DNA of 64,000 nucleotides, taken from Sphaerodactylus townsendi (taxonomy: Eukaryota). Both the position numbers and the translations under genes were made by a program. This document shows, piece by piece, positions 25,527 through 36,554 of this stretch (position 1 is its first letter; each line of letters opens with the position of its first letter). The stretch is taken from the NCBI RefSeq assembly GCF_021028975.2, contig NC_059427.1, positions 112,406,001 to 112,470,000 of the forward strand, read 5' to 3'. Below the pieces are notes generated by a model. The model saw only the letters and a list, made by a program, of their open reading frames with translations, was not told the origin of the DNA and did no database searches.

Positions 25527-27428
25527 GGGGGGGAACGCATACATCAAGGCGTTGGGCCAATGGGTAGTTAATGCGTCCGTTGCGAAGGCCTTCGGGTCAA
25601 AGAACCTCATGACATATTTGGGTATTTGATGATTGTCTTTGTTGGCAAAGAGGTCTAAGGATGGGGTCCCGAATTTCTGGCAGATCTGTTGGAAGATCCT
25701 GGGATCCAGTTTCCATTCTGCGTCTTGAACTGTTGTGCGACTGAGCCAGTCTGCTTGGACGTTCAACTTGCCCTGTACGTATTCCGCTTGAATGGAGAGA
25801 ATGTTGGTTTCCGCCCATTTGAGAATCTTGCTGACTTCTTGACGAAGCTTTGGAGATCTCGATCCTCCCTGGTGATTGAGGTAGGTCTTTGCTGAGATGT
25901 TGTCTGTCCAGATGACCACATGGCGTTGTTTCAGTATACTCTTGAAGCTCAGCAGCGCCAGTCTGATTGCTCTTATCTCCAATATGTTCATTGGTAGTGA
26001 TGATTCTTGGTGAGACCATTTGCCTTGAATGATTTTGCCATCGAGGGTGGCTCCCCACCCCAGTAGACTCACATCTGAGTACAGTTGTGGTCTTTCTGGA
26101 AAAAGATACACTTTTCCCTGGGTCAGGTGTTCTCTGACCATCCACCAAGAGAGTTCTGTCTTCAATGTTTGTGGTATGACTAGGGTTTTGTCGTGTTTTA
26201 CTATGATGGCGTTCTGATACGGACGGAGAAAGGTTTGTAGAGGCCTTGCATGCAGTCGGGCCCATTGTAGAAGATTGATGGTAGAGATCATTAGGCCGAG
26301 AAGACTGGTCAATTGAAGAACAGAGAACTTGGAGCTGCGAATCACTGATGCCACTGTTCGTTGTATCTTGGTGATCTTTTTGTTGGGAATGAAGAAGGAG
26401 TTCTTTGATGTTGAAATCAGTGCTCCTAAGTGTTCCATCTCCATCTTGGGGATCAAGGAGCTCTTTTCCTTGTTGATCACAAACCCATGTTGTTCCAGCA
26501 CTTCCATCACCAGAGAAAGGTCCCTGATGGCTTCCTCTTGGGATCGCGACCGAATAAGAATGTCGTCGAGGTAGGGGTGTAGGTGTATGCCTCTCAGACG
26601 AAGGAACACAATAGGAGCCAGTAGCACTTTTGAGAAAACTCTCGGTGCCGTGGCTAGCCCAAAGGGTAACACTTTGAACTGGAAGTGTTGGTGTTGGAAG
26701 GCGAATCTCAGGAACTTGCGGTGTGATAGGTGGATAGGGATGTGTAGGTACGCTTCGCTGACGTCCAGGGAAGTCAGTAGGTCTCGATGTCTCAATGCCT
26801 CTGCTATCGTTCTGATAGTTTCCATTTGGAATCGTCGGAGTTTTATATGTTTGTTGAGATATCTCAGGTTCAGTATGGTACGCCAGTCGCCATTCTTTTT
26901 GGGAACAACAAAAAGGTGTGAGTAAACTCCCGTCTTTCTGTCGTGGACTGGGACTTGCTCTATAGCCTGAATGTCCAATAGATGTTGAATGGCCATCTTG
27001 GTGTGACGTGCTTTGATTGAATCTGGTTTGAGGCATGATGGAATGAACCTGGATTTTGGGATTTGGTTGAATTCTATCATGTAGCCTTGAGATATCACGT
27101 CTTGAGTCCAACGATCCACATGACTTCCCTGCCAGGCTGTCTGAAATAACTGAAGACGTCCCCCTATCAGAATGGTGTGATAGTCATGCTCTGTTCGTTT
27201 TTTCGGAATTTGTAAACTTTCCTCCTCTACCTGTGGGTCGAAAGGAGGATCTGCCCAGAAAGGACTGATTTTGCCAAGTGGTCTTCCTGCTATCCCAGGT
27301 AGATTGTTTAGTGTCTTTGTTGAATCTAGGCAGAGTCCTCTGAGTACGGAAGAATGATCTGGATGAACGTGCCGGGGAGGTGGCTCTAACAAATTTTGGC
27401 AGAGTCTTTCTTTTGTCTTTTCCTTCAA
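25295..27428 (-). pseudogene. DIRS pol: reverse transcriptase, RNase H and N6-adenine methyltransferase-like domain; +1 frameshift at 25527-25533
   Basis: IGGRL, YSHLFVVPKKNGDWRTILNLR, SLDVSEAYLHIPI, LPFGLATAPRVF and YLDD (RT). YSDVSLLGWGA, NILEIRA, WTDN and ADWLSR (RNase H). DLFA...YAFPP then VPVIPKLL...LVAPAWPRRPWF (MT-like), whose tail is ORF 25295-25540. Confidence 0.93.
25597..27183 (-). other. Long ORF overprinted on pol (N-terminal part of DIRS ORF3/YR)
   Basis: About 528 stop-free codons overlapping RT/RH in another frame. It is in the same frame as gag, and in the same frame as YR once the extra C at 25527-25533 is removed. Confidence 0.8.
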
Positions 27429-28994
27429 CTAGAATTTGGTCGAGTTCTTGACGAAAGAGGCATTCTCCCCGAAAAGAGTAACCTGCTACCACTATTTTAG
27501 AATGTTGATCTGCTTGCCAAGCACGAAGCCATGAATTTCTTCTGGCAACAGTTGAAGTTGCGATTGCTCTTGCTGCATAGGACATCACATCCAGGGTTGC
27601 ATCCGCTATAAAGGAATTTGTGAGGAGGATGTGTTGCAGGCCTTCCCTGGTGCCTGCTTGTTCAGGTGGAATCATGTCCATGAGTCTTTTTAGCCATGCT
27701 AGGGAGGCCCTAGCCAAAATCGAAGAGGCCACTAGTGCTCTGATGTTAGCTGTCATCCACTCATGAGATCGCCTAAGGGCTGCATCAGATCTCTTATCTA
27801 TGGGGTCTCGAGGGGAACCATCTCCTTCTTTATTCACTAATCCTGCTGTTTGTAGACCCACCATGGGTGCATCTACCAGGGGTATTTGCAGCATTCTATT
27901 AAAGAATTCAGGCATGACATACAATTTCTTAGCAATCGCTGGTAAGCCTTTGCTGGATGATGGATTGTCCCATTCTTTTCTGATGCAATTTTCAAAAAGC
28001 TCAGGGACTGGAAAACAGACTGGGCCATCATTATCAGATGGAAAATATGTTTGGCTACCTTTAGGTCTGCCCTTTATATTTTGTTTTGTGGAGGTATTAG
28101 TGCCTGGAGGATCTAAGGCGTTTTCTGAATCTTGCAATTCCAAGGCAGCAATGGCTTTGGAAAGTAGGGAGGCCAGGTCATCCACTTTGAAAAATCTATG
28201 TGATTGCTCTGGGGTTTCAACATTAATCTCTTCTGAGTCAGAAAATCTATTTTGGATCTCCTCTTCCTCCCCCTCACTGGCACTGCTCTCTCCTGGGAAG
28301 GTGAGAGGGTTCCTAGACTCTGAATGGTGGCGCCTGTGTGAGGGCTGATGAGGAGATCTGGATCTATTTCTGCGTCTACTACTACTGGCTTCTGACTGTC
28401 TAGCCCTGGCAGAAGATTTTTCAAAAGCTGCAGAAACGGTGTTTGAGAGGAGCTGAACAAATTCCTGGGGGGTAAATCCCTGCCACCCAGTTAAAAATCC
28501 CTCTGCTCCCTGCCCTCCAGAGTGGGTCTGCGCTGCACTGGAGGATTGAACACTCCCCGGGGACCCGGAACGCTCTTGCCTGTGAGCCGCCGTGGTTGAC
28601 TCCATATCAGGGGGAGGAGGAGAGAAGCGATCGCGGTAGAGTTGCTGCGCTCTGCTAGGCGGGTCTCGTTCTGGAGGGGAGGCGTTCTGGAGCGACGCTG
28701 CCTGCGTTCCGCTCCGGCGCTCGTCGCAGCGTTCCGTGGGCAGGCACTCAGAAGCGTCTGAGTTCGCCTGCTGCTTTTTCTTCCCCCGCGCCTTTTTCGG
28801 GAGGGGGGGTGAGTCTCTTCGTCCCGTTCTCGGTCGACCCAGCGGCCGCCTGAACGGGCTCCGTTGCCCTCCTCCAAGCTAGCCCCGCGGCTGCTGGAGG
28901 GGGAAGAAAGACTGCGGGCTACTGAGGCTCGGGTGCCCTCTGCAGTCGTCCTGGCGAATGTCTCCCTTTCCGGGGAGAAGGATCTGTTCGCCAT
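27184..28994 (-). pseudogene. DIRS gag (ORF1) with LAP2alpha-like domain; one frameshift near 28680
   Basis: ATG at 28994 (MANRSFSPERE..., Arg/Ser-rich). The 473-aa ORF contains FPVPELFENCIRKEW...KKLY...PLVDAPMVGL...PRDPIDKRSDAALRR...VARRNSWLRAW...FRGECLF, typical of vertebrate DIRS1 gag. Confidence 0.85.
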
Positions 28995-29217
28995 CTTGAA
29001 TGGCTGAGTAAAAAGGGGCCAAGGTGCTGTGGAACCGAAAGTGAAACTAGCCCTGTTTTTTACCCTTAAACTATTCCTCACACAAATAAGGAAGGGGAAG
29101 GGTATGGGTAGACAAAAGACAACTCACAGACTACACAAAGACAGGATTAAGGCAAAAGGAATAAAAGTTTCCAAGGAGCAACCAGAGATCCTTGCACTCC
29201 TGATCAGGCAGGAAAGA

Positions 29218-29990
29218 ATACTGACGAAATGGAGGATGAAGACCAGACAGGAAGTTTAAAAAAGTCATTTCCTGCCTCCCGGTTAAAGGGCAAGAACGCA
29301 CCCATCCAAGATGGTCTACACCAGGGGTAGGGAACCTTTAACACTCAAAGAGCCATTTGGACCTGTTTTCCATGGGAAAAGAAACACTTGGAGCCGCAAA
29401 TAATTTTTGACATTTAAAATGAAGATAACACTGTATATATTGGGTTTTTTTACCTTTTACTCCGCTCATTCTGAGAAGCGCATGGATACATCCGCCCTGC
29501 TGCCTGCAGGGCGGGCAAGGATGGGGCCAGCAGCTCGGCCTTGCCGGCCGCCGGGAAAACGCCCGCCCCACTCAAACGGGGCGGGCAAGAGGGGAAGCCC
29601 GCAGCGTGGCCCAGCCGGCCGCAGGCAGTTGGTGCGCCTGCCCTGCTGCCTGCAGGGCGGGCAAGGATGAAGCCGGCGGCTCGGCCTTGCCGGCCGCCAG
29701 GAAAGCGTCCGCCCCGCTCCAATAGGGCGGGTGAGAGGGGAAGCCCGTGGCGCGGCCTCGCCAACTGCCGGGAAAGCGCCCGCCCCGCTCGAACGGGGCG
29801 GGTGAGAGGGGAAGCCCGGAATGCAGCCCAGCCAGCCGTGGGCAGTTGGTGCGCCTGCCCTGCTGCCTGCAGGGCGGGCAAGGATGGGGCTGGCGGCTCG
29901 GCTCGTGGAGCCGCAGTGCAAGGGCAGAAGAGCCGCATGCGGCTCTCGAGCCGCAGGTTCCCTACCCCTGGTCTACACCTCCAGGAGAAC
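29218..29990 (-). repeat. DIRS 5' (left) ITR, interrupted by a hAT MITE
   Basis: Matches the 3' ITR and the ICR once 29322-29978 is removed. Confidence 0.9.
29322..29970. mobile_element. Non-autonomous hAT element (649 bp), CpG-rich, with internal ~145-bp tandem units
   Basis: TIRs CAGGGGTAGGGAACCT...AGGTTCCCTACCCCTG; perfect 8-bp TSD GTCTACAC (29314-29321, 29971-29978). Confidence 0.95.
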
Positions 29991-32900
29991 TGCCAGAAAA
30001 CAGTGGACAAACCTGTTCAGGAAAGTCATACAAAGCACAGCCACCTATTCCAGCTCATTCCTTTGGCTGACCTCAGTTTTTTCCTCTTCTGATGGCCCCT
30101 TTACTTGGTCATTGGCCCTTCAGGGCAAAGGCCCACTGGGAAATGCCTCCGTGAAATCAGTGACCTGTCTACCCAGCTCTATGGCATCACATTTTCACTA
30201 AGTTCCCAACCCTTCGCTTTCCAAACATTATTTTCCCTGATGACATCCCTAAATCTCCAGGATTTTTCCAAGCCAGAATTAGCAACCCTAACTCTAGCCT
30301 ACAAAAATATTAGCCCTTTGCACCACATCAGTGCCTTAAAAAGTAATGAAAGGAATAATAATTGTTTTTAAAGGCTTCCTTGACAAGATGCCAGAAGACC
30401 TTGTCAAGTTATTTTACAGACTTGACCAAGATACACCATTTTTCTGGGTTCCTAGAGATGCTTCTAACCTCTGCTAACTGTCACCTACTTTGGAAAAGCC
30501 AATCTACTAATGATTTACTCATACCTACGGAAACACGAAGTTTACAACTAGAAGTTTACAAGGACCACTCAGTTTTTCTTGAATTTTCAGTCTTACTTTA
30601 GAAAAAATGCTGAGAAGACATTTCAACCAATACTGAATATTTCAGAATAATATGAACTTTTACACATTACATAGAAAACATTCAGTCCGGAACTTTACCA
30701 TTTGGGAACATGATTCTTACACCTCTTGATTTGTAAGCTACATGAAATCATTTGGTTGTAACATACCACCTTTCCTTCCCTAACCTGTTAATATGCCTTC
30801 AGATTCAGCCATGCTATTGTGGACATGTTGCAACATTAATATTGCAGACACACTAGAAGTCAGTCTTCAGCCCCAAATAGATCTATTGAACTGATTATAC
30901 GGACACAAATAAGGCTTTTTGTTGCCACAAGAGGCATCCTTTCAGTGTGCTTTCTGTCCTTAAATACAAAGAATGGATTCATATCAGTGGTTCACTTTGG
31001 ATCTAATGATACATACATAAAATGTGTACATAGGGAAGATAGTTTCCCTTCTTGCTGACCTTCAATGTATGTACTTAATGGGAAGCTGCCCATAATGTAT
31101 AAGAATCATTTTTTCCTTTGCTGGGAGCACAGCCAACACCACCAGCTTACTTCAGTAGTGTGAATTAATAGAACTGGGCCAAGGATAAACAGACTGCTGA
31201 CAGTGTATGCAAATCAGTCCCAGCATCCAGTCTGAAAGGGGCTTTTTGAAAGCTAGAACAAGCAATGGCAGAGACTGCAGCTGCTTTGGCAAAGAAGAGT
31301 GCTTAGAAGTTACCATCAGCAAGACTCCCATGCTTCGTTCATGTACCTTGCCCGTTGGATTGTATCTTTCAACAAGCAGGTAGGAAGGCAAGGGATATTT
31401 GGTAGGACAAGACCATGAAGACAACCTACATCATCTCTTTCAAGAAGAAGTTTTAGGATGTGTGCCCCAGACCGCACCACCAATTGCTGTACACAGAATT
31501 CTTCAAATGCAAAGGTACCCCATAGATAAATGCTGCACAGCCTTTCACACTTAATTACAGTCATTTTATTAACCATTCTCCAGTGTGCCTTTTGTTGTTT
31601 AGGCTATTGGAAGCTGTTTCCAGATAACAGAAAAACAATTTCTAACTTTCATTTTGAATTGATTTTAATGGCAATACATACAGTATCTGCCGCTACATAC
31701 TTCTTCTGTTCTGGTTTCAGAGAGTTTGAAACAAATACGGTACTTATTTTACGGCTTCTGAAGGAGGGCACATACTGATCCATTAAACAAAACTTTCCAA
31801 CATTTTATGGCCAGATAGTGACAGTCATGCTAAATATAGAAACAATTGCTTTGGCAACCATCAAAATTGCTCTAGAATTTTTAGGCACTTTCACAATACG
31901 TTATGTTTCTTTCATTGTTAAAATCTGCATTCTCTTATAGTACCTTGAAAAATGGTTTTCCTTTTATGTAAATTGTTTTCCTTTTATGTAAATATACTGT
32001 TCAGTATACATGCAAATATGCATGTGTATAATTACACAGCAGCCATTGTACTGAATATATTTTATGATCCTGAATTTTGCTACAACCTATCATGGATTTC
32101 CTTTATCAACATGTACCCTGAGGACATCTGAAACTAAGCAGGGTGGTGCAAACAATATTGTGGCCAGTTTAGGAAGGATGAGGGTTGAGGGTGTTTTTCT
32201 TAGAAATCTGCTATGCTGAGGCCTACCTAATTTTGATGCTTATATATCCTTCGCTCTCTCTCTCTTTTGAAGAGAAATCAACTAACCCGATTACTTCAAG
32301 AAAAAATACTTCAGTAATGAATATCCATCAAGAAAGTACTGTGAAGAAATTAATTAGGATAAGGTTGCCAATTCCAGGCCAATAAGCAGGTTGGAAACCC
32401 AGTTAGGAAGAAGATATCGTGAATGGTTTGGGTACTGGTAGTTTACCTCAGTCCAGGTTTTTGGACAGTCCAAGTTTTCCTCTTCAAAGTTACTTTGGCC
32501 ATTCGTTTGGTATAAAGAGTCTCCTTCAGTTTGCAAACAGCTTGAATAACTAACTTGCCTTTTGGACATAACACCTTCCTTTATATAAAATCTAACCTTC
32601 TCAAAATGAAGAATGTTGACTTATTCTGTTGTTCAGAAGGAAGAAAAGTGGCAGGGGAGAGTGAGGGAATTAAAAACAGCAACTGGGAGGGAAACCAGGA
32701 GCAGAAAGAACAGATAGCATTTTCTTTGCCTATGAGTCTCATGGTTTCCCATTTGTAATTTCTAACTCCTGAACCTCACCTAAAATTGCCCTGAAAAATG
32801 ATGCAGTACCTGAAACAAGACGACTTATTGCTATATGCATTCAAATTGCTCTGTTTAAGTAGACTGATCGTACAATCTGAGGCAAAGAAGTCAAGGAGCC

Positions 32901-33233
32901 TGAAATGTTCTACTGCTGTCCCCATTCTAATTATTCAAATTGTGTCCCATTTCTCATTCAGAAACTGTTCTGGGAGGTATTCTGTGTTGCCTAAGAGTCC
33001 TGCTGAAAGGTGTTAGCGTATATGATATTCACAGATATGGTGAGCCCTTCGAAGAAGGACTAATGTTGCCTTCTCTGACAATAATATTACTAAACATGCC
33101 ACTCGTGCTGCCACCTCTCCCACCAATGGCAGGTCCATATGTAAGCAAACCTGTAAAAATATATTCTTTCTAGCCAGACAATTGTACTGAAAGTACACAG
33201 GATCTCTTCTTTTTAACTTTCATTCCTCAGCAA

Positions 33234-33437
33234 TACCTTTTTCAAGATAAAGATGACTGGAGATTTGAGAATTTATCCACCATTTCCTAGACCACTTTTG
33301 TCCTGTTTGGGTCCCAGTGCCTTGGTACAGAACTAGGTGAGCACCAGGACCCAAACAGAGCATTTCAGAACAAAGACGGTCCAGGAAATGGTGGATGAAT
33401 GCTCAAATCTCTTGTCATCTCTATCTTGAAAAAGGTA
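33234..33437. mobile_element. Foldback/MITE: long imperfect palindrome flanked by TA
   Basis: TACCTTTTTCAAGAT..GATGAC..GAGATTTGAG..TCCACCATTTCCT ... AGGAAATGGTGGA..CTCAAATCTC..GTCATC..ATCTTGAAAAAGGTA. Confidence 0.75.
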
Positions 33438-34499
33438 TAAGAAAGGCTGTGTTCCTTCCTTCAGAAGCACACTGTATTAGACACCAACATATGGTATATT
33501 TGGGAGCTAGTTGGTGACTCTGGAGGCAGAAGAGCCCCTAGTAATGATTTCTTTCCAGAAGATCTAATGAACAGCCCATTTGTTGGTAAGACTTGATAGC
33601 ATCTTTTTTAGAAACTGCAACTGCAATATAGGAAGGGGGGATGGGAAAAGAACAGATGTGGATCCAAATCATACTAAAACCACAGGCTGTCCATTCATCA
33701 CTATCCATCTATCATCAGTAACATGCCGTAATTTTGACCTGTTCCTTGAGACTACTAAGGGAAGAAGAAGTTCATGCTTGCTGTGGGGTGTTATACTCTT
33801 AATTTGTTATATAAAAACAAGTTATAAAAACTATAAAAATCACAAATACATCTGGGTGCAAAAGGAACAATGACAGTATTTAGAAAAAGGCAAATGAAAT
33901 TGTGTGTTAGTGGCATATCCTTTTTTGATGACCTAGTCCTTCTGCTTAAAACGACAAGGAAATCAGCTGAGATGGTATGAAGGTAAGATGATGATTCAAA
34001 GCAATGTGCAAACAAATAGTACAGAAGGGTTCAAATCTGAAGAGTGTGCAATAAGAAAAAATGAGAAAAATGGCAGCAACTATTTTGTGGAGATTATATT
34101 TAGGCCACAAGAGCCGCCACCTATGGCCAAAACTTCCAGTCATAGGTACCTCAGAAGTAATACATAAACATATAAATCAAGAAGTTACTAAGTAGAGCAA
34201 ACCAACGACATCTGCAAAACATGGGGTGGGGGAGCAAAATATATTTCTGAACCTTTATGCTGAAATGTTTCTAGAGCTTTGGTTAATTTTTTAAAAGGAA
34301 ATGACCCAAATAGTTTCTAAGAAAAGAGGATGAAAACCTACCTTGGGGGGAGTTCTATATCCTGGCTTGTGAAAAAGATCCAAGCAGCACGATTTCTAAT
34401 GTGCTTTCTGCCATAAACTGAATTCTGCTCCCATTTCTGGCAGAAAGGGAAGAGAAGGGGAAGGACTTGGTCACTGCAGCTTAGTGTTATCGGCTTATT

Positions 34500-35601
34500 T
34501 CTTATATAAATATGCCAGGAAAGTGGGTTAAGATTATAGCCATGGAGTAGGGCTATAAGCTTCAAGTCACTTGGAGTTGCTCAATTGTAGGCTAAGAACT
34601 TGTGACCCAACAGCATTTCTGCCAGCTGAAGATGTATTGTATGATCGTGTTTGAAGACTATGAAATACGGATCAGAAAATTGCAGTTGAAAAACTATGCA
34701 AGAAGTTTTGAAAACATGGGTTGGGTTTTCACGGCATATATGGAATATCGGCAGAAGAAAATCATTGTGTTGAGAAAGCTGCAAGCAAGAGGTCAAAAAG
34801 AACAGCCACCCATTTTACCGATATACAAGGCACTTCAATCAAAGTGTACCAGAGCCTGTGATGTTGCAAAGGAAGTTAACCTTTAGACAGCAACCAGGCC
34901 CACCTAGATGTACTTAATCCAATGAGCACCAGTGGCTGAAAATGAAAATGAAATTACAAGTATTTGAACACCTGCTGGCTTCATTCACCAGCTGTTCTCC
35001 AGCCATGACAGGGAGCCCATTGTGCAACTATAAGTTCACAGTTCATGAAGTTTGAGTCTGTTTGTCAGATTACTTTTCAAGTACTTAAACCATATAGTGC
35101 AGTATAATTGGTGGAGTTTCTCACATGTGACTTCCCATGGAGCCCAAAGGCAATCCTATTTTCAGAGGCTTTCATGGCCACAATCAACTGGCTGTTATGG
35201 GTATTCTGGACTGTGCGGCCCTGGTCTGGTAGTTTTTGCTCCTAACGTTTCATGGTCCTGTCATCTTCAGGGGTATTCCATGGTAAGATGTGTAGGTGGA
35301 CCTGATTGCTTTCTAAAGGTTAAATTATTCCATGGTATTCCATGGTAAGATGTGTTTCCAGGTGGACCTGATTGCTATCTAAAGGTTAACTTCCTTTGCA
35401 ACATCCCAGGGCAGTTTTCTGATCCACATTTCACAGTCTTCACACTGTAATTTGATTTAAAAAATCTGCAGCTGACAGAAATGCTATTTGCATGATGGTT
35501 GGATCACTTGTTCTTGGCCTACCGTTGAGCAGCTCTAAGTGGCTTGGAGCTTATAACCCTATTTTACAGTCTTAAACCCACTTTCCTGGCATATTTATAT
35601 A
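34500..35601. mobile_element. Degenerate Penelope-like fragment with inverted duplication and an older terminal-repeat copy (35165-35272)
   Basis: 34502-34910 recurs inverted, with deletions, at 35295-35601. The residual peptide KEQPPILPIYKAL...TATRPT resembles the PLE RT/GIY-YIG linker, but only weakly. Confidence 0.5.
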
Positions 35602-36349
35602 ACAGCCCAGAAAACACACAAGAGCCAATCCTATTTTCACCTGGTTCCACAGAACATGTTACTTGACAACCAATACCATAAGCAAGTCAGTCAGCTAGTA
35701 GATATAAATACTCAATTAAAAAAGAATACTGCTAAAATCTATATGGTTGATGTAATTTGCACATGTGCATTTTTAAACAGTGTTATGGGAAACAGTTCTC
35801 CACAGATGGGAAACCAATTGGAAGAAGGCGGGGGGAACTATGTGGTTATGGAGCACTGTTCATCCTCACTCATAAAATAAGTGTATTGATACACTGAACT
35901 CTTGTAACTGCTCCATAAAAAGATATCCTAACAGCCTGCTTGCTTCTGTATTTGTACACCAACTACACTCACACACGTTACTTCAAAGGGAAGCAGTGGG
36001 TTAGAGGAGGAAAGAATGACCATATCTCACCACTCCACAGCATCCCTTTCAAGAAGAAAGCTCATTATAACTCTGTTTTACCAGGATTGTCAATTTATTA
36101 AATTCTAAGGTTTCGGACTTGGGATGGCCTGAAAAGCGAATCAGCAGCCCATTTTGGAATAAAATTTATATTGAGGTACAAATGCCAACAGCAGTTTTAC
36201 AAAAGACTGAATCTATACACTGAATAAATCAGAATAGAAAAGCATTTGTTCCGTTATCTAGCTCACTTCCTTGAGATCAGTTAGTCCTCAACTGATACCT
36301 GCCAGTGCATTTTCTAGCACCCATCTTTCTTCACTAGGCTTTCCAGCTT

Positions 36350-36551
36350 TGGGTTAGAAAATACCTGGAGATTTTGGGTATGGGGCCTGAGGATGGTGGG
36401 ATTTGGGGAGGGGAGGGACTTCACTGGGATATAATGATATAGAGTCCATCTTCCAAAGCCACCATTTTCTCCAGATGAACTGATCTGTCACCTGGAGATC
36501 AGATATAATCCCAGGAGATCACCTCACATTGCCTGGAAGTTGGCAACCCTA
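36350..36551. mobile_element. Representative of a ~200-bp TAGGGTTGCCA...TGGCAACCCTA MITE family. Related copies at about 5037-5390, 10840-11010, 30180-30290, 42352-42625, 48246-48455, 49735-49925 and 54225-54442.
   Basis: Shared ctggagat / ggcaaccct modules in both orientations. Confidence 0.6.
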
Positions 36552-36554
36552 TTC

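Larger units (their letters stand above)
23792..29990 (-). mobile_element. Full-length DIRS1-type (tyrosine recombinase) retrotransposon, lightly mutated
   Basis: Non-identical inverted terminal repeats, an ICR, and gag / RT-RH-MT / YR ORFs. No target-site duplication. The element starts with GTT. Confidence 0.95.

Noticed and set aside
24720-27428. 902-aa ORF as a natural RT-RH-YR polyprotein
   Set aside because: It switches from the MT domain to the YR frame at a homopolymer. Removing one base restores the usual separate pol and YR frames.
29338-30201. Several overlapping 77-186 aa ORFs
   Set aside because: By-products of the GC-rich tandem repeats in the hAT MITE; no transposase motifs.
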